A stretch of 64,000 nt of DNA from Camelus dromedarius (lineage: Eukaryota): positions 16,120,001-16,184,000 of the forward strand of contig NC_087472.1 in assembly GCF_036321535.1 (NCBI RefSeq). Reading direction: 5' to 3'. The position numbers were made by a program, and so were the translations under genes. How positions within the stretch are numbered: position 1 is the stretch's first letter; each line of letters begins with the position of its first letter. The notes beneath the pieces were generated by a model. It was not told where the DNA came from and did not search any database. It saw only the letters and a program-made list of their open reading frames with translations. Below are positions 51,244-64,000 of this stretch, in pieces.

Positions 51244-54200
51244 GTAAGTGCGCACCCGCGGCGGAGCAGGGCCCGGGAGCGCGGGAGCGGACGCGGGCCG
51301 GGCCGGGCGGAGGGCCAGGAGGCGCGGCGGCCGCTACCGGCACCCGGGGGGACACCTCGGCGCCCCTACAGTGGCGCCCCGGCTGGGCAGGCGCCAGGCG
51401 CCCTGGCGCGCGCGCTCCCGGTGCTGTGGCGGCCGCAGGAAGCTGTGGGTTCCGACCCGGGACGGCTCGACTGTCTGCCTGCCTGCAGGTTGGCCTGCTT
51501 GGCGGCTGGGAGTGCGCGCGGGGGAAGCGGCCGGGAGGCCCGGAACGAGCGCCCCCCGGCCGCCGCCGGGACAAGGTACCGCACGCAGGCTCCACACTGG
51601 AGCGCCGGAAAGAACCGCGCTCGGCGTGTAGCGTCCCCGAGACCCTCCAGCCCTCTCCTTTTCTCCGCGCTCAGGTTCCCAAGCCTCCATCGCTCTCTCT
51701 TCTTTCCCGCTCCCGCATTCTCCACCTTTCCTCCTTCCTCTCGCTTCCTCTGTTTGCCTTTCTCTCTTTCTCGTGCTCGCGATCTTGTCAGCTCCTGGCC
51801 GCTCGCTCTGCCTCCGTTTTCCTCTCACTTTGCTTCTCCTTTCTCTTTCACCTTTTGGTTTCTTTCTCTCCCTTCCTGACTTTTGTCGCCTTTTTCCTCC
51901 TTTCTCTCCACTGGCCCTGCTCTCCCTGGGAGAATGAGTATCTCTCTGCGGCTGTTTGTGGACACCCAGAGAGAACTCTCGATACCAGCTTGCACCCCTC
52001 ACTCCAGTTTGCTCCCGGGGCATCCGCGGCGCTTTGCGAGCGCGAGGGGGCACCCCGCGGGCCGAAAGGCGCTGCCCGGGATCCCAGTGGGTTTCTGTCT
52101 TGAGAAGCCGCTCCAGATTTACAAACTCTGGGCCCCGGAACAGGGCACCGCCAGCCCACTTGCTGGGAACCCAGAGCTGATGCGGAAAGAGCTGTTTTAT
52201 GAAGAGCCTTTATAGCCAGTTGCTTTTGAAGCTAGGGCATTTCCTCCCATCCAACTGCAGCGCCGGGCTGATGGAAGTCATGGAGCACCATAAAAGAGGA
52301 GGGGTAGGAAGGGCTCTTTGGGTTGCAGTTGCCCCAGTCAGGGCTCCCGTTTTGCCACTCTCCCTAAAACAAATCTGGGCTGCGGCAGGGAGTCCAGGGA
52401 ACGGACAGAGTGAGTCTGGTTGACATGGCCGTGCTCTCTGCCTTCCCGTGGAGGTGACCACAGGGGTCCTCGAGGCTGCTACTGTTGCAACAGCGTCTGC
52501 CTACTGGACAGGCTCCCAACTTCTTCCTCTGCCTTCCCAACCCCTCATGGTGAGGGGTTCTCTGTGCCCTGGAACATGGCGACGTCTTGTTGGTGCCTCT
52601 TGGAATGCAACAGCCAGTGCAGTTTCTTCTGTCCAGCTGCAGGCGAACAGGGCCCTCTGACTTTCTGGTCACCACTAAGATTTAGAGGAAACCTCATTCC
52701 CTACTCACTTTTCCATCCCTCAGTTTACAGTGTTCTTTTTGAATTCTGGAATCTGGGGAGAATCTGTTGAACTTTCATTTCCCTTCCAGCTTTAACCATT
52801 TGTTTGTTTTACCCCCATCTTAAGAGAACCTTGGCCCTAGGAAGGTTGCTGCCTCAATGCATTGTGAGAATTGTGTAAGGCATTGTCACCACAAGATGCT
52901 GGTATTTAAGAAGTTCCCAAACAAGTTGGCAATATTGAAAATAATCCCTCTAGCCGGTGGAGCCTGTAGGTGTAGGGAGGGGTGGTGATATAAAAAGCTC
53001 CTGAGGGTAAAAGTAGAATTCCACAGCTGTGACTGTGGCAGAGGAGTAAAAATGAGGTCTTGGCCACTATGGGATCCTAGCCTTGTCTGGAGTTCCACAG
53101 GGCACGTGTGCCTTTTAAAATCTTTTTGGACATATAGGGCAGGGTGTAACATGGTCTGTAGACACCCATTATTAATGTGGTCTGGATTATGTATTTGGTG
53201 GCCACTGTCCTCTGGTGGAATCTTTCGGAAATTTGCCATGAGATAACCAGGACCCCTCAAGGAGTGGGTTCAGCCTCTGGGACTGTCCCTAGCTAAAGCA
53301 AACTTATTTGAAATGAAACAAGATTTTCTTGGTCATCAAAAGGGTGATACCACAGTGCCATCTAGTCTAATCAAAGAAGAACCACTTTTTAAAGAGTCAG
53401 AGTGACTGGATCTTACAGTATTCACAAAAAAGAAATAAAATTTGCTAGAGAAACACATGGCTACCCCAGAGGCACCTTTTTTATTTCATTAATTCCTACC
53501 CACCTCCGGAAAGCTTCATCTTGAAGAGTAGTGCTAGCTTGAGGGTTCCAGAATTTCCCAGGATATTGACAAATCCCTGCTTACAGGACCAGTTCTGGGA
53601 ATTCTGATCATCTGTACTGTGAAAGCTATGGATACGTGTGTGACCACGAGAGAGCGAGTGTGTGGGTGTGTATGAGAGTGTGGGGGTGAGTGTATTGAAC
53701 ATTCAGAGCCAGAGGCAGCTGCGCCGGTGGTGATGCATGAGGGCGAAGAGCTGGTCTCAGGAGATGGGGAAGTCAGCCGTGGGGAGTTCCCGTGGAGAGC
53801 AGCCTTCCATGCCAGCTGCTGGGCTCCGGGCTCCGCCGGGCTGAGGGGAACAGCAGCTCTGTTTGTTTGGCCTGGGAGTTCCGACACCTGGGCCTTAGTT
53901 CCTGGCCAGCCATGAACCAGCTGTGCGACCTTGGACCAAAGCCTGCCCAAGCCTTGTACGTGTGGAGAGTGCCTTCCAGTTTCCTAGGGGCTGTCACATC
54001 CCTTATCTCTGGTATTTCTCTGTGAACTTGCACTCTCTGTAGGAAGAGGGCAGAGCGGCCCTCAGTCTCCCCATTTATCAGATGAGAGTGAGGCCTAAAG
54101 GGGTTGAAGGACTTTCTCAAGGTCACAGAGCTCTTGAGTGGCGCAGCAGAAATCTTCCCCCAGTCCTGGCTGATTCCACAGTCCTTGCTCAGTTGCGACT

Positions 54201-57039
54201 TGATGAACAAGGGTTTTTGTGAAAACACAGCGAGGTGTTTCATATGAGTCATTTACCACAAAGTGAACACTCTGAATGTTAAGTGGTGTTGTTATCACCG
54301 ACATCATCGCCATTTCCAGTCATTTTACACATGTGAATTGGGATGAGTGATTGGACTAGGGTGGCCACACCTCCTGGGAGAGAAGGATATTTCTCCCTCC
54401 CTGAGGCTTCATGCTGACAGGAGAAGGTCTCTTGGCCGGATGGCAGAGGGGCCTCTCATTGCCGTGTGGGAAATCGCTGCAGAGCTGAGCAGGCGGGGAG
54501 GATGCTAGGGGCCTAGTGAATGAACGTCACTAGGAGCCCTCAGCGGGGACAGGGGCCACCTTCTGACTCACAGCCATCCATCCACATTAGGTGGGGGCAT
54601 GAGAGGCCATCGTGGCTGCCAGCCAAGACCCGAATCCTGCTCCCAGGGCTACATTTGAGATGCTTCCCTGCCTCAGCGGAGGGTGAAGTGCTTGGGTGAT
54701 ATATAACTGCTGAGCGGAAACGGCTGCCGTCACGTTGCCTGGAGAGGACAAAGAGAGAGTGCTGGGCTGGCAAAAGGCACAAGTTGTTTATTAAGAGTAG
54801 TATTTCTTTAAAAAAAAACCCTAGAAATTGCATGTCATGCATCTGGCTGCCCATATGTTGTTTTGGGTCAGAGAAGGGTCCTGCTCATTCTGGAATTTCT
54901 AAGACCCTTTTTGAAAATGTAGCAAAACATTGTTGCTGACCAGTACTTAAAACTCCCAAATTCTGCAGGCTTCTCTCGGGCCAAATTCCCTCTGTTTGTA
55001 GCCAACTCTCGTGCAACATTGGGTGGGTGGGAGGAATTCAGAATCCAGCACAAAGAAACTGGCATGAGCCTCATTCTTCTTCCCCAGGTACCGGGAGGGG
55101 GCTGGGGGCAGGGGCAGATTAGGTTCTGTGACTCTTCAAGTCACAGAATCTCATCATCATATTCATGCTGCATCCCAGACTTTTAGCATCTGTCCATTTC
55201 CAGGCAGTCACACGGAAGTGTAATTAATTGTCATCTAAAATCCTCTAGGTTATCCTGACAGGAAAGGACTAAAAGGCATTTATATGGAGAATAGCTTTCT
55301 TTCTTTCTCTTTTTTGCTTTTGTCATTTTTAATACTTGCAATAAAGGCTTCCTTTTACTTCCTTTTCTTTTTAAAAAGGTGGCTCTATTTTGAAAGAACC
55401 ATGTCTTAGTAAGAACTCCACAGTGCACGTGCCTGCTCATGCCTCACGTGCGCATGCTCCCACTCCTTCCCCTCGGGATTGTGCCATGAAGCAGGATGAC
55501 AGGCTTGTGGTTCAGGGCGAGGAGGCAGCAAGTGAATGGACCAATACAGGCAGCAATGCTGTCCTTCTGGTCCCTCAGGCCGTAGGCCACTGGGCTCTCA
55601 CAGGGGTAGCTTCACTTAGCCAAGGATACTAAGAGGATACTGAGAGCCATTATACCCTCCCACATATTTCGCAGGAGAAGGGGAGAAACTCACCATAATA
55701 ACATTTGTAGAACCCCAGAGGTACTAGTTAGTATCTTTGCACAGTGGAAAACACGTTGCTGGAGTCCCAAGGAAGCTCAAAGTTCTCAAGGTAGTACAAA
55801 AAGGTATTCAGAATTAGATTTTCTTAATAGTAGTTTTAGATTAGTGCTGTTATGTGGCAATAAGAATGTTCCAGCTTGTCTTGTATAGATATCTATCGTC
55901 AACTTAAGTAACATGAAATGACATTAAAGAATAGTCATCTCTTCCATCTGTCATTCATTATACAAAATTTTGTGAAACTGCACATTATATTCCAGGGAAG
56001 ACACGTCATCTTTGCTCTCATAGAGCTTCCAGTAGAACAGGATAATTTGGCATTTTAGGTATTTAATAAAGAAGATGAATTTGTTTGAAAATGGCTTGAA
56101 TATCAATAATGTCTTTAAAATGTCATACCTTTACCAGTGTATATTTTAGAAAGAAAGAAAAGTCCATCTGTTTATGTAACAGTTTAGGTCTAATCAGCAA
56201 ACCTTGTGGAGTAAGTATTATGACTTCTGCTAGCAGCAGGGGGAGATTAGAGCCCAGACAAAGCCAAGAAAGCCAAGGTCACCATCTTCAGCCTCAAGTC
56301 CATTCAGATTAGATGGTAAAGCGCACAACTGTGGACTATTCTCAGGTTGGGGTGGGGAGGAACTTGTGATTTGGGGCAAGTCCATTCCCCTTGTAAAATG
56401 GGAGATTCATAAGATGCTTTCTAAGGCCCTTTCCTTTGTGAAGTATGAGGAACAGACCAGAAAAAGGAGAGATCTGTTCAGAGAGGCTTCTGAGAGTAGG
56501 TGGCTTGTATTTAGAAGAAAGGAGACATTGTGGGTGGGCGTGGCATCCTGAGACCAAGTCCCCTCACCTAGCCAGGACTGGCCAGACCCGAGAAGGTTCC
56601 TGCTTGGGGAAAGGTTAGGGACCCTCACTGTAGAGGTCCTGGAACGACAGTGAGGAAGTTGAACCCCAGTGAGGATGAGAAGCTCTTTCCCGGCAGGAAT
56701 GTAAAAACGTAAAAGTAAATGAAGGCTGGAGTCCAGTTAAAGATACCTCCGTGATTTCCAGTCTGCGATCAAGGTGGTACCCTTGACAAAATGGAGAGGT
56801 TGAGAAGCGGATGTAGTTTGGGCTGGGAGCTTACTAAGAGTTGTGACTGGTTTAAGTTGCCTGCACTTCTAGTGGGCAAGGCTTGTAAGGCAGTGAGAAC
56901 TGGGTCTCAGAGCAGGTGAGCGCTTAGTTGTGTATGTGGGAGTCTGTGAACCCAGTTAATCTGAATTCACAGTTGGCATTGTTATTTAAATGATAGCTGC
57001 CATTCACACATGGGACTCTGAGCCAAGGAAAAGGCTGTT

Positions 57040-57371
57040 TGAATAGAGGAAAAGATCAACAGTTATGATTACATAAAAATGAGAAATGTTCATCTGTCCA
57101 AAAATATCCAAAATGAAAAGGCATATGACAAACTGATGAAAATATGCACAACAAATAAAACAGACAAAAAGGCTGACATCCTTCCTGTATAAAGAACTCC
57201 TACGAATTGATCAGAAAAACAAAGGATATGGCCAGACAATTTGCAACATGGGGACGACAGAGCTAGTTTACAGACGTGGAAAAGCTGTGTAGTCTCACTG
57301 GTACTAAAGAAATGCAAATTTAAATAATTATATGTAGGAAAACCTTTTTGCTTCTCAAATTAACCCTGATT

Positions 57372-57426
<55 letters not shown>

Positions 57427-57640
57427 GCTCAGTATACATCACCACCACCATCCAGCAATAAAAGGTAGCAGTCAGTACTGAAGAGGGTGTGGTAAACCCC
57501 ATCATTCTCATACATTGTTGGTGGAAATGTAAAATCGAATGATTCTTTTGGAAATAAAATAGATAATTTAAACAGAGAACATTGAAAAGATTTATTTTTT
57601 TGACCCATGATTTCTTTTCCGGGATTTTACTGAAAAACAA
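57040..57640 (+). mobile_element. Old L1M ORF2 3' fragment
   Basis: gattacataaaaatgagaaatgtt...tataaagaactcctacgaatt...aaagaaatgcaaattt...tacattgttggtggaaatgtaaa. Confidence 0.7.
57372..57425. repeat. (AAC)18 microsatellite
   Basis: Read directly; it explains the poly-Leu ORF on the minus strand. Confidence 0.95.
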
Positions 57641-57660
57641 TCCTTTATATGTATTTTTCA

Positions 57661-57870
57661 CTTACTCGTTTATTTATTCACTTATTCGTAAATATTTACG
57701 GAATATCTCCTATCACTGTGCTATGTGCTGGAGGCACAGTGAAGAACCAGGTAGATGTGGTCCCTGCCTTCATGGAATGGGAAAGACAGACATAAAACAA
57801 ATAATTACTTACAATAGTGAGAAGTGCCATGGGGGACAAGTATAGGGTGATGTGAGCATGGTATCCTAGG
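57661..57870 (-). mobile_element. L2 3' end
   Basis: tttatttattcacttattcgtaaatatttacggaat...gtgctggaggcacagtgaaga...ggtccctgccttcatgg. Confidence 0.65.
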
Positions 57871-60129
57871 AGCTACCTGGAGTTATCTGTAAAAGTTATC
57901 CCCACATATAGGAGAATGGTTCAAGAAATCTCAGTACATCCACTGGAACAATTATTTCAAAACCATTTAAATGTCCTTTTTAGAGTTTGGAAAATTGGTA
58001 GTGATTTAATGCTAAGAGAAAAAGAGATAGACAGTGATGAACCCAGTGGACCCAGTATGATGGTATGACTACGATTATGAGAGCGAGACGGGCAAATCAT
58101 CTTTTAATCCTTCTCAAATCTAAGCATAAAAGACAAAGAATGGAAGAAAAACATCAAGATATCAATTAGTGATTTCTTTTCTTCCTCTGTTTCTCTAAAG
58201 GATTTTAATTTCCTCTATGAGTATGCACTACTTTTATAATAAAAGTAAATATTAATGGTTTTTAAAATGATGCTTTATTATGCCTGTGATAAATTACACC
58301 CATCTGCTTTTTGGTTCCTAAAGATGATGGCTGGTTATTTCATTAGCCTCTTGATATTCTGGGAGTCCCTAATGAGGAAAGCAGCCTCAGCTAAGTAAAC
58401 TCTCAGTCTGAAAGGCAGAGGTGGTAAGTCAGACATCGGCTGTTGATTTTGCTGATGATTGGCTGTTATCATATTCCAAGGAATCCATGGAGCTCTTATA
58501 CCAGAACACTATAGAGATATTTGAGTGGATTGCTATTGCTTGTTCTCTGTTTAAAAATTAAATGGAACAGGAAATTAGTAACGGTACACAGTTGGAAATA
58601 CAAGGCTTACTCTGCTTGGCCAGAGCCACCCAAGATAGCCTGGATTTTGAATGTTCATGATGTCAGAGCTAATGGTCTGGTTAAAAGAGTGAAGTTTGGG
58701 GTTTGAACAAGGGCTGTAGTTCTAAGCATCCATCACTGAGAGCTTAGATGAGTTTGTACATGTGTTGCCCTCATCTAGGAGAGAAGGGGAGTCCGTTCTG
58801 CTGGAGCATCATCCTCCTAGAGCAGTTTGACTTCACAAGAGCATCGCCGCCGGTTAACTGTAAATTCAGTGGAGTAGAACACTTCACTCCTTAGCTGCTC
58901 TGGATACCTGAGGGGCCACTAAGTACAATGAGGTTCAGAATCTTATTCTTGAAACTCTGCTGGAACTACATTCTAGGCACAAGTTATTTTGACAGTGTAA
59001 AGAATGTGCTTCACAGTTGGAAAGCTAATACCAACATTCTGTGACAAATAAGATGAGATATTTACTCACCGAGTTAGAAACAAAGGATATAGGTGGGAAT
59101 GTTCCCTCTTCCATCAAAGCATAATGAAGACTCCAATCAATGGTCTATGTCTTCTAATACAGTGCCACTGTAGGCTTAGAGAAGTATTTGTCTCAACTTT
59201 AGTCAAATATTTATTGGCAAAAGAGCTTTTCTAGTTTCTAGGTATTGGACTTTGCAGATTATTCAATTGGTTTTAGTACATCCCATTTCTTATTTCTGCC
59301 ATTTTGCCTCTAAGAACAGCGTGGAAGACTTTGACACATTTCAGAGCATTAAACTAAATAAATCTGTCTTGCACATTCCACTGTGCTTTTTCTGGAATAT
59401 TATAAATATTCAAATATAGGCACACATGCAAATTCAAAATAAAATTCAATACATGCATTTTTGGCATAAATTCCATATTTATAACTTAGCAATAGTTTTG
59501 AACTTGTTATCCTATGATATAAATGTATCAAATATGAGCTCATGGGAATTACCAATAAATATATTTTTTCTAATTAAACTGTGGGTTCTTTTTTAGTCAC
59601 AATTTAAGCTTCAGTTCTGGGACATATTATAAGAGAATAATTTGCACTTCATTTACTCTGAATTGTCAAGAATCGTGTTCTTTCCCGATATAAATGTCTG
59701 CAAAAAGGACTTCTTATTCAGTTTGATTGCTTTTTGAATTTTACTAGTAGAGATGCCCTAGTGAGCCTAAGAGAATTGGTTTGTTTCTTGTGAAGAGTTT
59801 AGTTCTAGTGAATCACTTCCATTCACTTTACTGAAGGAATACAGAGCAGTTGAAATGTGCAATACATTGATTTACATCAAATGAATTAGGCTTGTGTGCA
59901 CTGTTCCTTGCAGTAATTGACTTTTTTCCCATAACTGTACTAATAAAGACAAACCTTCAGTATAGTATCAGCTCAGATTCACTCATGGAGATCACTGAAT
60001 TTTTTGCTAACTTCCTACAAGAGAGTGAATGCAAGCAAAGAGTGTTCAGAAATTGACTAGAGTGGCCAGGTTACAGCCAGGAAACATGAAGGTACTTTTA
60101 AAAGGCTCTTTGATCTTGGCAGCCAACTC

Positions 60130-60690
60130 CTCAATTGTTACAGTAAATAGAAGTTGACTTAAACTCACCAGTTGAAAGACATAGATTATCACAATGGATG
60201 AAAATACAAAATCCAGCTATATGCTGTTGTATTTAAGAGACAAAACTAAAACATTAGGACCCAGGTAGAATTGGAATAGATATACTGTGTAAATACTAAC
60301 CAGGAAGCGATGTAGCTAAACTGACTAAGGCAAAACCTTTTGGGGGGACAAACAGGATCATTGATAAAATGTTCAGTTCTTCACATAACAATACTAAACC
60401 TGTATGCCTTTAATACAGTAGTTTTGAAATATAAAGCAAAAACTGACAGAGCAATAAGGAGAAATTGTAAAATCTACTAACCTCTTTCAGAAATTGATAG
60501 ATGAAATGTATAAAAATCAGTAAGGATACAGAGGATTTGAATGACATGGTTAACAAGCTCAGTGTAAGAGACGCACATCCAATTAGAATACATATTCTTC
60601 TCAAGCACATATGGAGCATTTTTGAAAATAGACCATATACTAAGCCATAAAGTTGGACTAGAAAAACTTCAGTGAATAAATATCTTACAG
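60130..60690 (+). mobile_element. Old L1 ORF2 endonuclease-region fragment
   Basis: aaaatccagctatatgctg...tataaagcaaaaactgacaga...aaaatcagtaaggatacagaggatttgaa...tcaagcacatatggagcattt...aaatagaccatatactaagccataaa. Confidence 0.8.
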
Positions 60691-61439
60691 ACCATTCTGT
60701 CTGACTGTGCAGTGCTTAGTCATTGGATATGACCAATCAGGAAGGATCAGGCCATATCTGAATTCATGAGAAGAAGCTTAGTAGGTTGATATATTTGGAA
60801 GTATTCTGACCACATCAAGCTTCTTAATTCACATGCAAGAGTGAAGAACTCCATGTTAGCATCTACATAATGTACATCAAAGATTCAACACCTAGCATGT
60901 AATATGTGTTTAAAAATTATGGCTGTAATTATTACTTACGTTTTGTTGTCATTACCCATGTGGGGAACCTTTGCAACTTAAGAGGACTATAAAAATCTTT
61001 GCATTTGGCAAATTATGTAGCAGTAATGGGAGAACTTGTCTTTTGTGAAAATAAAAATCTCCATTACATATAAAATACTCAGATACATTTCTCCAAGTTT
61101 CATTTGGGTGAACATTCATAAGGCCCTTTCCCACAAACATACAGATATCCAACAAGCCCACAAAAATATACCAAATCAAACTTCAGAAAGATCATATCTA
61201 AGCTATATATATGCACACACATACATACACAGTATTTCTAACCTCTACATTACACATGTTATCTGTACTGGAGTTTGCAAACCACAGGTCATATCTTGTC
61301 TCTATTTTTGTAGATAAAGTTTTATTGGGACACAACCAAAGAAAAAGTGAACAACTCCAAGACTTAGACAAAAAGAAGTGCTGTAAAGTGATGGTTTGAC
61401 CCGTGTTGCTTGGCCGGACTTTCTGTGAAGACGTATTAG

Positions 61440-61625
61440 TGTTTTGACGTACCTACCTATGCCAAGGGCATGACGTATATTTTTCTCATTTAATCCGCAA
61501 AACAACCCTCTGAGATAGATGTTTAAAAAACCCACTTAAAGATGAGAAAACAGAGAATTGGATGAGATAAATAATCTGCCCAAATTTACACAACCAATCA
61601 GTATTGGAGTTGGCATTTAAAACCA
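61440..61625 (-). mobile_element. MIR SINE
   Basis: tctcatttaatccgcaaaacaaccctctgagatag...aaagatgagaaaacagaga...atctgcccaaatttacaca. Confidence 0.7.
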
Positions 61626-61702
61626 ACTGGGCCACCTGGCCTGTCTGACATGTTTTAATGTCCACTGAATTCTCAGACAAATCTCCAAAAGCCTTTCCCT
61701 CT

Positions 61703-62390
61703 ATTTTATTTTTTATTTTTTAAATTGAAGTATAGCTGATTTACAATGTGTTAGTTCCTCGTGTTCAGGATAGTGATTTAGTTATACATATATATGTAGA
61801 TATATATTGTTTTTCATTACAGTTCATTGTAAGATATTGAATATAATTCCGTGTGCTATACAGTAGGACCTTGTTGTTTATCTATTTTATATATAGTGTG
61901 TAGCTGCTAGTCCTAGACTTGTAATTTATCTCTCCCCCTACTTTCCCCTTTGATAACCATAAATTTGTTTTCTTTATCTGTGAGTTTGTTTCTGTTTTGT
62001 AAATAAGTTCATTTGTATCATTTTTTTAGGTTCCACACATAAGTGATAACATATGATATTTGTCCTTCTCTGTCTGACTTANNNNNNNNNNNNNNNNNNN
62101 NNNNNNNNNNNNNNNNNNNNNNNNNNNNNNNNNNNNNNNNNNNNNNNNNNNNNNNNNNNNNNNNNNNNNNNNNNNNNNNNNNNNNNNNNNNNNNNNNNNN
62201 NNNNNNNNNNNNNNNNNNNNNNNNNNNNNNNNNNNNNNNNNNNNNNNNNNNNNNNNNNNNNNNNNNNNNNNNNGTGCATGCATCTTTTCAAATTAGAGTT
62301 TTCTCTGGATATATGACCGAGAATGGTATTGCTGGATCACATGGTAACTATTTTTAGTTTTTTAAGGACTTCCGTACTATCCTCCATAGT
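61703..62390 (-). mobile_element. L1 3'-end insertion with TSD
   Basis: aattgaagtatagctgatttacaatgtgttag.... TSD aaaagcctttccctc (from 61687) / aaaagcctttaccctc (from 62391). Partly masked. Confidence 0.9.
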
Positions 62391-64000
62391 AAAAGCCTTT
62401 ACCCTCCTTTTTGGCTCTATGCCTATGCAGGTTAAGTGGAATGGAGACCTGAAGTGACTGTCTGGAGATACCAGAATCCAACCTGTTAGCTGATTTTTTA
62501 AAAGCACCTTTTAAAAAGTTTAATAAAACTCACTCTTTAAAAGTGAATTATGCAGCTCTTCTCCTCTCTGAAACAAGGATTTAGATACACAAGATACTGC
62601 AAATGCTTTCAGCAATGTTTTACATGAAAGAATTATGTTTTAGGGGAAATAAAAATAGAAGTAATTATGGTAGAGGAAAAGAGTCAGGTTTTTTTGTTTG
62701 TTTGTTTTTTTCAGGTAGGGAAAGTGAAGACCGAAGACCTTGACTGTATTTTAATTTATGCCCCATGTGAACTCAAAATATGGCTCATACACTTCACAAG
62801 ATTTGTAAGAAGCCAAAGCATCTTATTCCTTCTGGAATTTTGGCAATTGCCTCTTTAGCAATGTCCGTTGCACTGCTCTGACCATGGCCTGTTTCTATAA
62901 ATGACGATTTTTTAAATTTTATTATTCTTTTTTCTGCACTTGGTCTGTGTAGACACAGCCTTTGGAGGTCGTGTGAATGAATTCAGCCAGGGCAGCTCAT
63001 AGAATCTTGGATTATGAGGAGCCAGTGAAATAAAGATACTTTCTCTCAAATTCAAGTGCGGGGTCCTAGAGAAAATGAATCCTGAAGCCTGCCCTTATCC
63101 CAGGAGCTCATCATGAAGATAATAAAAACGTATTTTATTCCGGAAATAACCAAGTGAGGGGAGCAAATTCCCGTAAAGGGGACTATTCTCTCTCCTTTGG
63201 AAGAGGCAACTTTAGAAAAGAGCCATTAAAGAGAGTGTGCAGATTAGCGTGGGTTTACCAGTCTGGCAGACTTGGTGGGGTCAGCAAAGAAATGAGGTCG
63301 AAGGCATGGAAGGATGGTAAAATGACTCCCAGTACAGAGGAGAGTTTGACCTCGGGATGATGGCCACCTCAGCAGATGCGTCATGACTGAGACTTTGCTA
63401 CGTAGAAGACTGAAAAACTGTTTAAGCCTATTTGTCATATATACTAGAGGCAAACATATTTATCATTTTTGTGATTGGTTTTGCTGAAAGTGGTATAGTA
63501 TGTTCTACCAGTGTCATAGGCCAACTAGAACTCATTAAAGCAGTGCTGAAGGGAGGCATACTGGGGTGAATGATGCGTAGTAGGCTGCTTATGAAGAATT
63601 ACTTCAATAAAAATTCTAATGAACACGTAGAAATGATTTTATGCATAAACACACTATAGGATTAACAAAGATAATTAGACTAAGATGAGAACAGGGAGCT
63701 GAAGAAAGGTATTTAAAAATATTTTGCATTATTGGACAAAATGGTCTGTGTCTATTTCTCCTTTTAGATAAGGATTCTTGCTTAGCATCTACGGTATTCT
63801 CAATTTGTTCCTTGTGACTTGGAAGCAAAGCAAGAGAAAAAAAGATAACACTTTAGCATTAGTATAGCATTTTACAATCTTCTGGCAGCTTTTGTATTTA
63901 TCGCCATATGGGTGTACATTAAATCTGCATCTTACTCTCATTTCTATGTTTATGAAGTTATAGAGATGTACACATGCGCACACAAAATAATTAAGCAAGT

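Larger units (their letters stand above)
49440..52260. promoter_or_regulatory. HS6ST2: HS6ST2 CpG island
   Basis: Very high GC and CpG density spanning both coding exons, the intervening intron and the start of the next intron. Confidence 0.9.

Noticed and set aside
49386-52215. Many long overlapping ORFs (e.g. 489 aa and 239 aa on minus, 233 aa and 225 aa on plus)
   Set aside because: These are Arg/Gly/Pro/Ala-rich, stop-poor by-products of CpG-island composition and the N mask. No recognisable domain.
57320-57661. Poly-Leu, transmembrane-like ORF
   Set aside because: Reverse translation of the (AAC)18 microsatellite inside an old L1.

Overview
Mammalian genomic DNA, almost certainly camelid (camelid-type tRNA-derived SINEs and L1 3' ends) and by inference X-linked. 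The only intact protein-coding gene is the 5' part of HS6ST2 on the + strand. It has two coding exons (49444-49871 and 50725-51243) inside a large CpG island, and the rest of the window is intron. The 49 kb upstream holds an RPL29 processed pseudogene and many L1, L2, MIR, LTR, hAT and SINE copies. Seven N-runs appear to be length-preserving masks rather than assembly gaps. The most unusual part is about 5-22 kb. It contains an old direct segmental duplication (about 5.1-6.3 kb vs about 20.8-22.2 kb) with one strongly GC/CpG-shifted copy and a 178-bp, 97%-identical core carrying a splice donor. It also contains a second degenerate local duplication and an orphan CpG-island promoter with a first-exon donor at about 14 kb, and its repeats show AT-to-GC-biased divergence. 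No novel protein-coding system is supported. The candidate novelty is a gene-converting cluster of promoter/first-exon-like modules upstream of HS6ST2. All alignments were done by eye, and most repeat boundaries are approximate.
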